Shown piece by piece: positions 34,762-47,368 of a DNA stretch of 64,000 nt. Positions within the stretch are counted from its first letter, which is position 1; the number at the start of each line of letters is the position of its first letter. A program made the translations under genes and the position numbers. The notes beneath the pieces were generated by a model. That model ran no database searches. It worked only from the letters and a program-made list of their open reading frames with translations, and was not told the origin of the DNA. The DNA comes from Saccostrea echinata. Taxonomy: Eukaryota. The stretch spans positions 1,364,001 through 1,428,000 of the forward strand of contig NW_026889778.1 of assembly GCF_033153115.1 (NCBI RefSeq). The letters run 5' to 3'.

Positions 34762-37442
34762 TTAGTGTAACTATAACATGTACAAATTTCAAAAAATGTA
34801 CATGTACAAAGGACAAAATTATAGGCCGTGTTAACTTTTTATATTTTTGTACATAACAAATTTCAAGAAATGTACATGTACAAAAGACAAAATTATAGGT
34901 CGTGTAATTTTATTTTAGACAGGCTGATATCGGCCATCGTACAATTACTCAGTACTTTGTGCCAAGTTTGCTTGAAATTTGCGCAGTGATTCTTGAGAAG
35001 TCTAAAATGTAAAAGGTTTTCGATGACGACGAAAACAACGACAGACTACGGATAAATTTTGATCAGAAAACAATTTGATTAAAATCATAAGTATACTCGA
35101 TGAAAGGTAGTATAAAAACCAGCACACAGTATTTTATATTCGTGACCTATAAAGCTTGCAGTGTTGACAGAGCTAGAGCTTATTTTTACAAACACAGGTG
35201 TTTGGTGTTAGGTTATGAAGAATGTCGTTGCTATTTAATACTGTAAACTTCCATATTATTTAGAATCACTGAACTGGTTAGATTTTCAAATGAAAGGGAA
35301 AGAGGATAAATGAAGTGTGACTAAGCGCCTTTAAAATGAATATTACACGATAAACATAACATGAAAATAGCTTTAAAGCAAGTAACAACAAGAGTCAAAT
35401 TCCAATTCTCGTGTACTATACCCATCGACAACAGACTCGTTTAACCCTTTAACCCCCAGAGACGCATTTGGACGCATTTTCAGCATCACAGATATTTAAC
35501 TGTTGGCGTTTTCTAAATATTCGGGTTACAACAAAACAATTGATATTTTCTGAAGCTAAAGAAGAAACTAAACATTTTTTCTACTCAAAATTTTTCTGTG
35601 CGATGTTGAGAAATTATCATAAACTTGAATTGAATATTGCATATCATTGCAGGAAGATGATAAAACTACGCATAAATGACTCATTTTGTGCTATCTTCTG
35701 TTGGCTTTATCTAAATTACAAACACAATAAAATAAAAAATGAATGCCATAACCTGAAAGCTGGGAATATGCCTACATTTTTTATTCTGGACATTATAAGG
35801 TACATGAATCCGTTACAGAGATATTTGTTGCTGAATATTGGAACCTTTACGAGTAAAATACGCAAAATGCACTATGACGTCATTTGACGTTTTACATGCA
35901 CAATGAAATCGTTCATGAGCTCAGTGTGAAACAAACTGGCTCTTTTGATATATATGGAACATTTATTTTTTAAAAAAATGAAATATTTGTAAAGAAGAGT
36001 TAATGTACGACACGTTTTGAGCCATAAACAACATGTAATAAAAGGAATTTTCCATAGCTTTGGGAGATATATACATGTAGTAATAGTCTTTCACCCAACG
36101 CCCCGGTTGCGTGCACCCATTGTATCAGAAATCCCTGTCGAATTTTGTGTAAGTCCTACATGTAGTAGAAATAATTAATCAAATAATAAAATACAATCAT
36201 TGCCATTTTTCTAATCTTCAGATTTATTATTGAAAAATGAAAAACAAAAATCTTTTCTTTTAGTACTAGGTGTTCTTTGAAAGGAAAAGTGCATTTTTAT
36301 TAAAGCGACAGGATAGATAACGCAGTTATCCTTTTTTTAATGATTAAAAGATGAAAAAAAAACTGTCACAATCAAAAAGTACATCAAAAGTACTACGTCG
36401 TACGTCGTAAACATAGCCAAACAAACAACTGATTTTAATCAGATTGCTAAATTTATAGAAATAATTTCTGAATAAACACACAGGAAACCCAGGTTTCTTT
36501 GTTCGTGTTAAATTCATTTTTCAGTCTTCACAGAGTTAAGAACAAGTCTATATCAAACTGAATAAAAATGGAAAACTTGGGATAAACTAACAAATTCTCC
36601 TTCATTGCCTAATCCTTTACAGATTAGCCGGGATTACAAGTATGTGTATTGAAGAAACTGAAAAGCTGAATCTACTGCTTCAACAAAAATAAAACGGAGC
36701 AAGTATGTAAAATATTTGCCAGAACATCGCGCGAAAATAGCAAAATGTGCTATTGAATATAAAAACCGCCATTTTACTATTTTTTAAAAGCTGTGGAGAA
36801 ATGAAAATGAAAGTACAATCAGAAGTATTCGGAAACTACTCTCTATAATTTTGGAAAAAACTTGTTTTTTCACTATAGAAATCAACGGAACATTTTTTTA
36901 AAACACCCCCCTCTCCTTTTTACAGCAATTTTGAATTATTATTTAACAAATTCATACCAAAACTCTTGTCGTTCCTGGGGGTGGGGGTGGGGGGTATGTT
37001 TACAGATAAATTACATGAGTTAAACATATGGAAAAAATGAAGGATCACTTATCCATGTTTATGAGTATTTTAAAATCTGAGTACTATTTTAAAATAATTT
37101 AATTTTGTTTGTATTCTAGTCTCTGACTGGTTAATATCCAAAAAGGAACACAAATTATTTCTGTATAACCTGGTTTGGTATGGGGACCCCCCCCCCCCCC
37201 CCCTGACAACCAGCTGAATCATCTGTATCCATACAATCCTCTCATTTTCAGTCCTCGGGATTCATGGAAAATTCCAGATTTAATAAATGTACCTTTAACT
37301 TCAAACAATAATTCGATCTTACCACATGTAAACAAGCTGCTAGGCCTATGTATCAGTTTTTACCTCCCCTCGCTTCCCATCACTTTCGTTACTTCCGTTA
37401 CTACGGTTGTATTATTGAGCGGCCAATTTGAACTAATAAAAA

Positions 37443-38644
37443 TAGGGATGTCAACGAATATTCGAGTACTCGACTATCGTTCGATCATACCGACTATCGA
37501 CTAAAATTTCTTTAGTCGGTTATTCGTTAAAAATGTGTTACCTAAAAGTAATTTTAAATTCAAGGTAATAAACTTGGATTCGCCCATTTCATTTATATAC
37601 AGATCAATGTTCTCGTAAGTAAAACTCAGGGTATGGTTTAACTGTTCAAAGAAAATTATTTGTATATCGATTTATGTTCGGAAAATATGCCTCCAAAATC
37701 TACAGTTTTTGGAATACTTTAAAAGATTTCAGGATGGAAAAACAGTTAAAAGTACGTTTTCAAGGTTATGTGAAACTGAACTTGTATTCTGCAGTGGAAC
37801 ATCAAATATGATGTATCATATGCCGAATCCGTCAAACATACAGGTAGTAAACACAGTCTTCAAGTGAAACATTTCTTAAGTAAGTTCTCCGCAAATTGCC
37901 CAAAAATAGCAGAGTCGGAAAGAAAAATGCAATCACAAACATGATTATCAAGGATTGTCTACCAATTATTGTTGTAAATAGAGAGGACGTTCAAGAAATG
38001 TTTAGTTTTGTAGATTCAAATTATAAAGTTTCAACCTGCAATTCCATAAGATCTGACGTAATGCAACTATTCATAAAGAATAATTAAACAACTGTTACAA
38101 AATTGTAAATACATGTAAATTGGGGGACAGTTATGAGCGTAATTAAATGGTGTTTCTTTCTGATATTAATATCATGCAGTCTTCTTCAGATTGTATTGAT
38201 TATTTGCACAAAATCTCATAATTAAAATTTATCGCAAGCTCTCTCTGTTTTTATAAGAGGCACGCTTTAATTGTTTACCAGTCAAAGGTCACTGACACGA
38301 CGCGTAGAAATGGCTTCAATTAACGGGTACATGTACTATCGTTCTGAAAAGAAAGGACAAATGCAAGCGTTTGGTATCCTGCATTTAGATAAAATGTGCA
38401 GTAAATATTATATTAATTTTGAAATCAAATGCATTGGATATATAAAGTAGATGTACAGTATTTATTGTACTACGTTTCATAAATTGGTGATAGCGTAGGT
38501 TAAATATTGTACAACTAGTCTACAAAAGATAAATAGTGAAAATGACATGAAAAATTAATTTAAATTTCCACGAATATTCGACTATCGTTCGACTAAAGCC
38601 TCCGACTATTCGACTAAGCTGTTCGAATAAAATTGACATCCCTA
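37443..38644 (+). mobile_element. Internally deleted hAT transposon with BED-finger/transposase remnant
   Basis: TIR TAGGGATGTCAA..TTGACATCCCTA, 8-bp TSD AATAAAAA, CGACTA subterminal repeats, LCETEL..SGTSNMMYH and ITNMIIKDCLPI fragments. Confidence 0.9.
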
Positions 38645-38704
38645 AATAAAAAGCAACGAAATTTTACACCCATAGTTATTTAATGATTTTAAAGTTAAAT
38701 TATA

Positions 38705-38792
38705 AGGAATGACTCTAATTCTTGGCCAAAGCGTAAACTGACCCAAACCAGGTTATACTCGAATAATTTGGCCAAGAATTAGAGTCATTCCT
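38705..38792. repeat. 88-bp miniature foldback with perfect 26-bp arms
   Basis: AGGAATGACTCTAATTCTTGGCCAAA..TTTGGCCAAGAATTAGAGTCATTCCT. Confidence 0.85.
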
Positions 38793-38947
38793 AAAATATC
38801 TTGGTGTTATAAAGCCTGACTTCAATGGATATACATCTTCTAGACCCCTTATAAAAGGAGTTGTGATTAAGAGCAATGGACAATTTGACACTGGTATTAA
38901 TAATGTTTTACTGTAATTTTTTTAATTTACCGGGTGGTAGTAAATAC

Positions 38948-40973
38948 AACAAGAGGCTGGGCCACATCGCTCACCTGAGCTCATTGGCTTGGAAGAAGCA
39001 GTAATCAGTTCAGTATTGAAGGGGGAGGGGGGCAAACTTTAATTTAAACTACCTCAGTATTCTTCCATATCAATATCACTAATCATGGCTTTGCTGTTCT
39101 TAAACAGAAGAATTTTAAAGATTTCCACCGTCATGGTAGCTCATTCTGTAGAGCGCTCGCCCCGTGATCGGAAGGTAAGGGGTTCGAGCCCCGGCCGCGA
39201 CTGACCTAATTCGATGAAAAATAGTAGTAACTATTCCCCTGCAAAGCGCTCGGCACTTTGAAGTGAAAGTTGCGGGTCCTTCAGATGAGACCTTAATGAC
39301 CGAGGCCCATGTCACGGCAGACGTAAGCACGATAAAGATCCCCCACTGCTCAATGGCCCTGAGTGCCGAGTAAAGGTCTAAATTTGAAGCCCTTCACCGG
39401 TATAAGGTGAAGTCTCTATATGAGTGAAAAATTCTTGTACGGAACGTAAAACAACATACAATCAATCAATCCTATGTTTTCCTATGTAAAACTCTGATCT
39501 CTCATTGTGGCCCCACACTACCCACCCTAAATTTGAACAAATTTGAATCTACACGACCAAAGGATGCTTCTATAATAATATGACTAATCATGGCTTTGCT
39601 GCTCTTGAGCAGATTTTTTTCAAGATGATTCCTATATTTTTTCTTGTGCAAAACTTAGTTGACCCTCTGTCGTTTCCCCATGATTTGAAAATACTTGATT
39701 CTACAATACCTAAGGTTGCTTCAATATAAATATGACTAATAATGGGTTAGTGGTTCTTGAGAAGAAGATTTTAAAGATATTTCCTATGTAAAAGCATTTT
39801 ATAGTAGAAAAGGATTTATCAAGAGAAAGTTTCAGAAATGTAATTAACTAAGCAGTAATTAATTAACAAAGATTGCATTGTTGTGTAAGGGGACAAGCAA
39901 TTTTTCTTTTAAAAATAAATATTCAAATAAAAAGAATATTAATAAATACTGTGGTGGAAAGATGCATAAAACATTAGAAATAGAATGAAAATTGAAAACG
40001 ATTTTTTTTTAACAAGGTAAGTTTTTTATAATTGAATTTTTCAAATAAAAACAGATGTAGATAACCCTTACCAAAATTCAAGGTCATAAATTAGGACACA
40101 TCCCACCCTTACATGCTAATACATGTAGTATTAAATGGGAATTATGTCTAAATATACTGAGGATTAAACACCTACATATCTGTCGTGTATTCATTTTATT
40201 GAATCTGTTGATATTAAGGATGGAATACCTTAACTTCTCTATTGCTGATTCAGCATCCATCTTCTTCTGCTAGCTTCTGAATGCCTGACTTTCCCAAAGC
40301 TTTGGCTTACATACCCTTTGGTTTGGCTAGTCCATTCCAAGGGTTGCTAGGTCATTCCATTATTTCAGGTCTTCAATGCATTTAACTCGAATGCCCCTTA
40401 ACCATTACACCTACATATTCCTATGAAAAACTCTGACCCACTGTTGTGGCCCTGCCCTATGATTTGAACAAAGTTGAATCTACACTACCTGAGGATACTT
40501 CTATATTAATATGACTAATAATAGCTTAGCTGTTCTTGAGAAGAAGATTTTTAAAGATATTTCCAATATATTCCTATGATGAACTTTGATCCCTTGTTGT
40601 GGCCCTGCCCTACTCCCAGGGGTCATGATTAGAACAAACTTGAATCTACACTACCTGAGGATACTTCTATTATAATATGACTAATCATGGCTTTGCTGTT
40701 CTACAGAAGAATATTTTTAAATACATTTCCTATTTATTCCTATGTAAAAACTTCGACCCCCTCTTGCGGCCCCACCCTACCCCCGGGGTTCATATCATGA
40801 AGTATGTCATGAAGCTTTCAAATAAGTTTCATCTTTCTTGGCCCAGTTGTTCTTGAGAAGAAGATGTTTAAAAGAAGCCACCAAATTTTCATGAATTCTT
40901 AATTATCTCCCCTGGAAAGAGGGCATGGCACTTCCTGTGAACAAACTTAAATTCACCCAAGGATGCTTTGTGG

Positions 40974-41022
<49 letters not shown>

Positions 41023-41061
41023 GTGAAAAGTTTACGGACTACAAACGGACGCCGGAAACTC

Positions 41062-41107
<46 letters not shown>
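38948..41107 (-). mobile_element. Non-autonomous Helitron/Helentron-type element with internal ~166-bp satellite array
   Basis: Minus-strand 5' TTTAGCTCACCTGAGCCGAAGGCTCAAGTGAGC hairpin and 3' CTCAGGTGAGCGATGTGGCCC..CCTCTTGTT; monomer period 166 (40573 to 40739). Confidence 0.85.
39128..39471 (+). mobile_element. tRNA-SINE subfamily A, full length, inserted in the Helentron
   Basis: A-box-like TAGCTCATTCTG, B box GGTTCGAGCCC, linker, shared core and (CAAT)n tail. Confidence 0.88.
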
Positions 41108-41109
<2 letters not shown>

Positions 41110-41729
41110 TTACAAAATGACAAGTTGTAATATTGTAATTTTATATTTACTTCCATCCCGTAAATTCAAAAATTACAATATAACAGTAATATAATTCAAT
41201 CACTAGTGAACTCTTGTTTGCAATATAAAAAAAGGATAATGGCAAAATTGTCATTTTTATTGAATAAAGGGGTGTAAAATATAGGCTGGCATCTAGAGTT
41301 AGTGTGCTTAGTTCTTTGCTATACTCTCCCAATGGCCTTCTTTTAAAACTTACTGATGAACTAGTGGTATTTTATGTTCGAGTAAGTATCAGGGTGTTGT
41401 GAATTCTCAGATGCAGGTCTCTGGAACTAGGCAAGTAATTTTATTCAGTGATAAAACTCTAAAGTAAATGGGGGACCATTTAATGTCAAAAACGACTGGG
41501 CATTAATATTGTTTCTTCTACAACACAAGGGTTTTCCAAAAAGAATAAAAAACCGGGTATTTAAGGCGAGATATTAACTCGCATGATTCCGCGGACATCA
41601 AATCAACATTTAATAAACGAATTAGAGACAATGTTCAGCAATATCCCTCCTCCTCTCCCTTTGACCAACGTTTAATATATGTCAATTTTTGTAACGTTGA
41701 TATTTGTAATTTTAATGTGTACCATGGCG

Positions 41730-42497
41730 TTGAATATAGTATACCCATGTTTTGTTTGAAAGTTCCCTTCTCAAAATTGCTATTTTTGCAACCATGCAAA
41801 ACTGTTCATTGAAATAAAAATACTAAAATATTGAATTTTTTATCTTGGTGTTCTTTACATGTGTGCTAAATTTTATTGAAGTCAGGCAAAAACTGTAGGA
41901 GGGAAAGCGATTTGAAAATTGCTGAATATAGTATACCCGTGTTTTGTAAGGAAGTCTCGTTCTCAAAATTGCTATTTTGTAACCATGGCAACACTGTTCA
42001 TTGAAATAAAAATACTAAAATATTGAATTTTTTATCTTGGTGTTCTTTACATGTGTACCAAATTTTATTGAAGTCAGGCAAAAACTGTAGGAGGGAAAGC
42101 GATTTGAAAATTGCTGAATATAGTATACCCGTGTTTTGTAAGGAAGTCTCGTTCTCAAAATTGCTATTTTGTAACCATGGCAACACTGTTCATTGAAATA
42201 AAAATACTAAAATATTGAATTTTTTATCTTGGTGTTCTTTACATGTGTACTAAATTTTATTGAAGTTAGGCAAAAACTGTAGGAGGGAAAGCGATTTGAA
42301 AATTGCTGAATATAGTATACCCGTGTTTTGTAAGGAAGTCTCGTTCTCAAAATTGCTATTTTGTAACCATGGCAACACTGTTCATTGAAATAAAAAACTA
42401 AAATAAAATTGTGTATCTAAGTACACTCTAAAAGTGTACCAAATTTTATTGAAGCCAGGTAAAAACTGTAGGAGGGAAAGCGATTTGTAAATTGCTT
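41730..42497. repeat. 192-bp tandem array, ~4 copies, near-identical
   Basis: CCATGGCAACACTG at 41983, 42175 and 42367 (period 192). Confidence 0.95.
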
Positions 42498-43132
42498 ATA
42501 ATTACGACAATCACACAGTTGTAAAGCCAAAGTCTAATACACGGACATTGTGTAATTGTATAAACTCTTTCTATCAAATAAAATAGACCAGTATAACTAA
42601 AACTAATTGTTTGTATGCTTTGTTTTAATAGTATCACTAAATTCTCTGTTATGGAAACATTATTTGTAGATTTGTTTGTATTTCTGTGATGTAAAAAGGT
42701 GGAAAACACATATTTTGTCAATTATGGGTCTCAAACGTTGCCATGGCAACCAGGACGTCGTTTTACTCTGCATAATTAAATACTTTAAGATTTTACCTTT
42801 CAGAAAATGTACAGATTGCTTTATGTAAAAGTGACTAGAAAATGTTAAAATTTCAATTTGAAATTTTTAGGCAGTTTTGCAGAAAAAAATGCAAAATCTC
42901 TGGTAGTTAAAGGTTAATTAATTGCTTTAAATCTCATTCCCACTTTCATTTTCAGAAAACATTATACTATTCAACGGATGTGTTTTTAGGACGTTTTGAT
43001 TTATTAAAGTTTAACTGGTATGTATTGCAATTGAATTATTATTTGAATGTAAAATTTAGTATTGTTAATTTTAGGTCATTTTATGAATGTATGCCAATTA
43101 TCTGTGTAAATGAAACTCTTATAAGAGCATTG

Positions 43133-43134
<2 letters not shown>

Positions 43135-43171
<37 letters not shown>
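43135..43171. repeat. (AG)n microsatellite
   Basis: Seen directly. Confidence 0.98.
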
Positions 43172-43173
<2 letters not shown>

Positions 43174-45730
43174 CTTGGAAAAGACTTATCTGTAATACCT
43201 TGTTTCACAAGGCATGGATTTGAAAGTAGACTTTGACTTCTGAAGTTTGATGTCAAATAGGAAGCTTTAGTAAGTCGTTTTAAGAGGATAACTGTTTGAT
43301 GTTACGGATTCCGAATGTTTTCTTTGTTCTATCATATGCTGAAATGTCATATCGACAGATGGACCTAAGATTTAGCGGACATATTTTCATTACCATATAG
43401 CGGTCTGTGACTTTCCAGACGCCTTTCGTTGACTGTTCAGTATCCTTTCAGTGGTTATACAAGTTTTTTTCAGGGGTCTAACAGACGTACTTTACTAGCG
43501 TCATTGTACAGTTTTAATATTAAACAACTTTTGATGCATATCCGAGACTCTTAGTCTTGAAAACTTATTAAGGTGGATATTTATGCATAATTGTTGGTTT
43601 TCTGATTTAGACTGCTTTTTGAAATTCTGAATTGTGATTTTTAATACATACTTGCGAAAAAAAAAAAGAAACAGTGCACACGTTTAGATTTTAAGAAACA
43701 TAAAAAAGATACCATATAGCCGTTTTATTGGCGGGTCACATATTTGGTTGCTGGTTTTGGTCTATAAGGTATAAAATTAAATCTGTTGGACATACTTTGG
43801 TGAATCATATCTCATATCTGGAGTGTATTGTTTTTTGACTGTAGTGTTTACTTTTATTGATCAGCTTCAACGAAAGAAATGTGTGTAAAAATATGAAAGT
43901 TACTAGGCTTTCTTCAAACATTTACATATGTATGTACATAGTCACCCACAATTTACACACACAACTCAAGTATCCACTAAGTTACTTTCTTGACAATAGT
44001 TGCAAAACAAGTATATGCAAAAGTACTTACATTTACCGATTTTTATTTGGTGAATCTCTATAAATCGTCAAAATAGGTCAAAACTATATCCTCGATAAAA
44101 GAAAAAGATACTCAGTTTAACGGTGAACGTATTTCAATTTTTGCTTACCACATTTATCAAACAAATTTTAAAACGTCTCATAACGTCGATTCCATTGCCA
44201 TTTGTTTTTAGATAAGCTTAAAACTTAGTTAAGCTTAGTTGATGACACAGTGTTTTAAATGATTGCGGAATGTTATTCCAAATGTTAATCAAACAATGAC
44301 CTTGATCAGCCTACGTCACTGGCTGATTTTATAAGCGGCGTAAATGTCTCCCCATTTAATCCCAGTCATGCTTGACTGGGATGAACAGTTGGTCAAGGCA
44401 AGATATCAATATTTTGATGATAAAGAAAGTCCCTGACTACAGGTCCGATATGTAGTTTTTCGTTGTCTTGTAACGTTATGTGATTTCCTCTTTTCTTTTG
44501 AACGGGATCACATGACGATGAATAATTTCATCTCAATAGTGTTCTCCGTCGGATTTACATTGATAATCTGTAGAGGGCTCCTTCAATGTGCAGATTTTCC
44601 ACCCAATACCATTACGCTACCCCCCCCCCCTTCCCTTCAATTGTCACGTAACACAACCATGCGTGTTGGTACCGCTCCCAAGGACGACGATACACTCATA
44701 GGAGCCATCACTGCTGTCCAAATGAAATTTGAAATCATCAGTGAAGAGAATATTGGTCTACTCCTGTAGTCGCTGGTGTTTACTAACCTTGAAAAAGTCC
44801 GTGCAAACAGCCGAGTTCTTCCTTATTCAAACACATTTATTTAATCATTATCTAAAATTTATAAACACATACATCAGCACATAAATTGTCGACATGAATT
44901 CTATTTCAAATTCATCTCCTGAAAAATGATTGACTAGTAAAACAAAATATTTTTACATTTCATGAGTTAATGCTTTTAAGATAAATCAAGAAAAGAAAAA
45001 AAGTATTATCGAAATAGTTTATTTATAAAATTGAAATTGAATTTACTTCTTTTTATCCGTGAGACTATAAAAGGTCGGTGGTAAATATTCTTGCAAACTA
45101 ATTCGATATATAAAAAAATCAAGAATATTCAGTCAAATATACACACATTGTTTCATATCTAAAATACTGGATATGGTTGAGATTAAACTTCAACAAGGAA
45201 TAAATTTTCCTATTTGAAGAGTTGTAATGCTGGTGTTTCCCGCATAACTCTGTCATGATTTGTTTTCATTGCATTTCTCTGAGTGATGATTACAATATAC
45301 TATTTAATTATTATTATTATTTTTTTTATTTAAGACTACTAAGTAGCAACCTCAAAATCATTTCATAATTTTGATTTTTCCGAGCCAATTTCAGTATTAT
45401 CTCTATGTTTTGTGGATTCTTAGGAACTTTTCAATACAGACTGACAACCTCATGACCTTTCTGTCGGTGACAATTCTTTATCTGTTATTATATTTTTCAT
45501 AACTGCTGTGGCAGGCAACACATTCTCGGAATACCCTTATTTATTTCGGTATATTTATATAACAATGTAAAATACATGCTGTTGATTACTTTTCCTGAAA
45601 TCATTATCAAATTCAGAAGGACGTATACTGAAATACCCCAATATTTTACAAGATCCTTGAAACTCAAATACAAAGTTTTTTTTCTTACTTATTTTAGCAG
45701 GTTGTGATCTTAATGTCTGTGAACCTTGAA

Positions 45731-47368
45731 ATGGACACTTCAGTATTCAGCAACCAGTGTAAAATACGACAATGTTCCCAGTGTCAGGGGGATGTTGAAT
45801 TCTACTGTAACACGTGTAAACATAATCTGTGTATACAGTGTAAAGAGAAACATGTTATTGATCTAGATACCATATACCATGATGTTGTGTTTTATCGTGA
45901 AAAAAATGACTACATCCAAAAACAAGAGACCTGTGTGAGACATCCAGACATGGTCTATAGACGATACTGCAATTCATGTAAAATTCCTGTCTGCTTTAAA
46001 TGTAGAGAACACTTGAAACACAAATTACAGGACTTAATATCAGCATATAAAAAATACCGACAACAATACAGAGAAACTATTGACAACATCAGAAGTGAGA
46101 CTCTCTATAACAGCTGTGTTCTCCTTGACGGAATCAAAACCGATTTAAAAATTGTTCACAAGGAAATTTTCAACAGTCAATCAGAGATGTCAACAAAAGC
46201 CGCTAGATTAAAGAAGATAATTGACACTGTGATATGTGATGCTAAAATTGGATATAGAACATACCTTCATAGATTTCTAATCCTGAAAAGGAAAATAAAT
46301 GCGCATCATGTCATCATAGAAAACTATGAATACTTATTTGAACTGTCAGCATACAGACCTGTAAGATTCCTCTTATTTCTAAAGAAAACCCGCGTCCCTA
46401 AGAAAAAGGACAGTCCTGATCTCACACAGTACGCTCTGCTCTCCCTGACCGAAGAAATCAGCATTAAGGTTGTGATTAAATTACTGAATGAATTCCAAAT
46501 GATGGATAGAAGAAAAAGACAAGTAAGAAATGAATGTGTGCTAAAACTGATGTCTACACCCGTGTTTCACAAATATGTCACGGTGACAAGTGCCAGTAGT
46601 GTAACACACATTTCTCGTGCGACGTCAGACCGATTCTGGACCAGTGATGATAAAAATCTCATCTTGATAAACACAGAAGGTGAGACCCTATACCATTTGT
46701 CAGATATACATAGTTATTATGAAGGGATACACCCGGTGAACAATACCTGTGATCTAATTTTTATAGGCAAGGATCATCAAATTAAAAAACTATCTAAAGA
46801 TGACAGAACAAAGATATCATTTATAAAGAATACGAAATCATGGGACCCACAATGTGTCTACTGCTCCCCCTCCAATGGAGATCTTCTGGTCGGAATGTGG
46901 AATACTCGTACATTTAAAGAAGGCAAGGTAACAAGATATAATAAAATGGGACAAGACATACAGACAATACAACACAACAACACAGGTAAAGTACTGTACA
47001 TGCATCCTAGATACATCACAGAGAACCTTAATGGAGATGTTATTGTGTGTGACTTTTACCGTGCTGTAGTGGTGACAAAGCGTGGAGGAGGGTATCGCTT
47101 CTCCTACAAAGGACCTTCCTCAGAATTACCGATGACACCATATGGAATATGTACAGACGCATTGTCAAACATTCTAGTTTGTGAACGTTTCACTAGCACA
47201 ATCCATATGATTGACAAGGACGGCTGCTTCCTGTCAATGATAGAGACATACGAACAAGGAATAGACAATCTATGCTGCTTGAGTTATGATTACAAAACTC
47301 ATCTTTTATGGGTTGGGTCAAGGAACAACAGATTGTCTGTATTCAGATACTTAGACCGGGCTATTTGA
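45731..47368 (+). CDS. RING-less TRIM-like protein (2 B-box, coiled coil, NHL-type propeller), copy 2, intact, ~545 aa
   Basis: Open frame with both B-boxes and YITENLNGDVIVCD..YGICTDALSNILVC; acceptor TTTTAGCAG at 45692-45700; alternative ATG at 45713. Confidence 0.92.
   Translation: MDTSVFSNQCKIRQCSQCQGDVEFYCNTCKHNLCIQCKEKHVIDLDTIYHDVVFYREKNDYIQKQETCVRHPDMVYRRYCNSCKIPVCFKCREHLKHKLQDLISAYKKYRQQYRETIDNIRSETLYNSCVLLDGIKTDLKIVHKEIFNSQSEMSTKAARLKKIIDTVICDAKIGYRTYLHRFLILKRKINAHHVIIENYEYLFELSAYRPVRFLLFLKKTRVPKKKDSPDLTQYALLSLTEEISIKVVIKLLNEFQMMDRRKRQVRNECVLKLMSTPVFHKYVTVTSASSVTHISRATSDRFWTSDDKNLILINTEGETLYHLSDIHSYYEGIHPVNNTCDLIFIGKDHQIKKLSKDDRTKISFIKNTKSWDPQCVYCSPSNGDLLVGMWNTRTFKEGKVTRYNKMGQDIQTIQHNNTGKVLYMHPRYITENLNGDVIVCDFYRAVVVTKRGGGYRFSYKGPSSELPMTPYGICTDALSNILVCERFTSTIHMIDKDGCFLSMIETYEQGIDNLCCLSYDYKTHLLWVGSRNNRLSVFRYLDRAI

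Larger units (their letters stand above)
32472..34941. mobile_element. IS3EU-like non-autonomous foldback element carrying nested insertions
   Basis: Termini TACGATGGCCGA..TCGGCCATCGTA, 6-bp TSD CAATTA; ~240-bp left arm mirrored by 33626-33784 plus 34776-34941; TGTACATGTACA repeats. Confidence 0.78.

Noticed and set aside
35290-35305. ISRE-like GAAANNGAAA motifs (also ~36800, ~42945, ~58010) as TRIM regulators
   Set aside because: Expected by chance in AT-rich DNA and not at consistent positions relative to the genes
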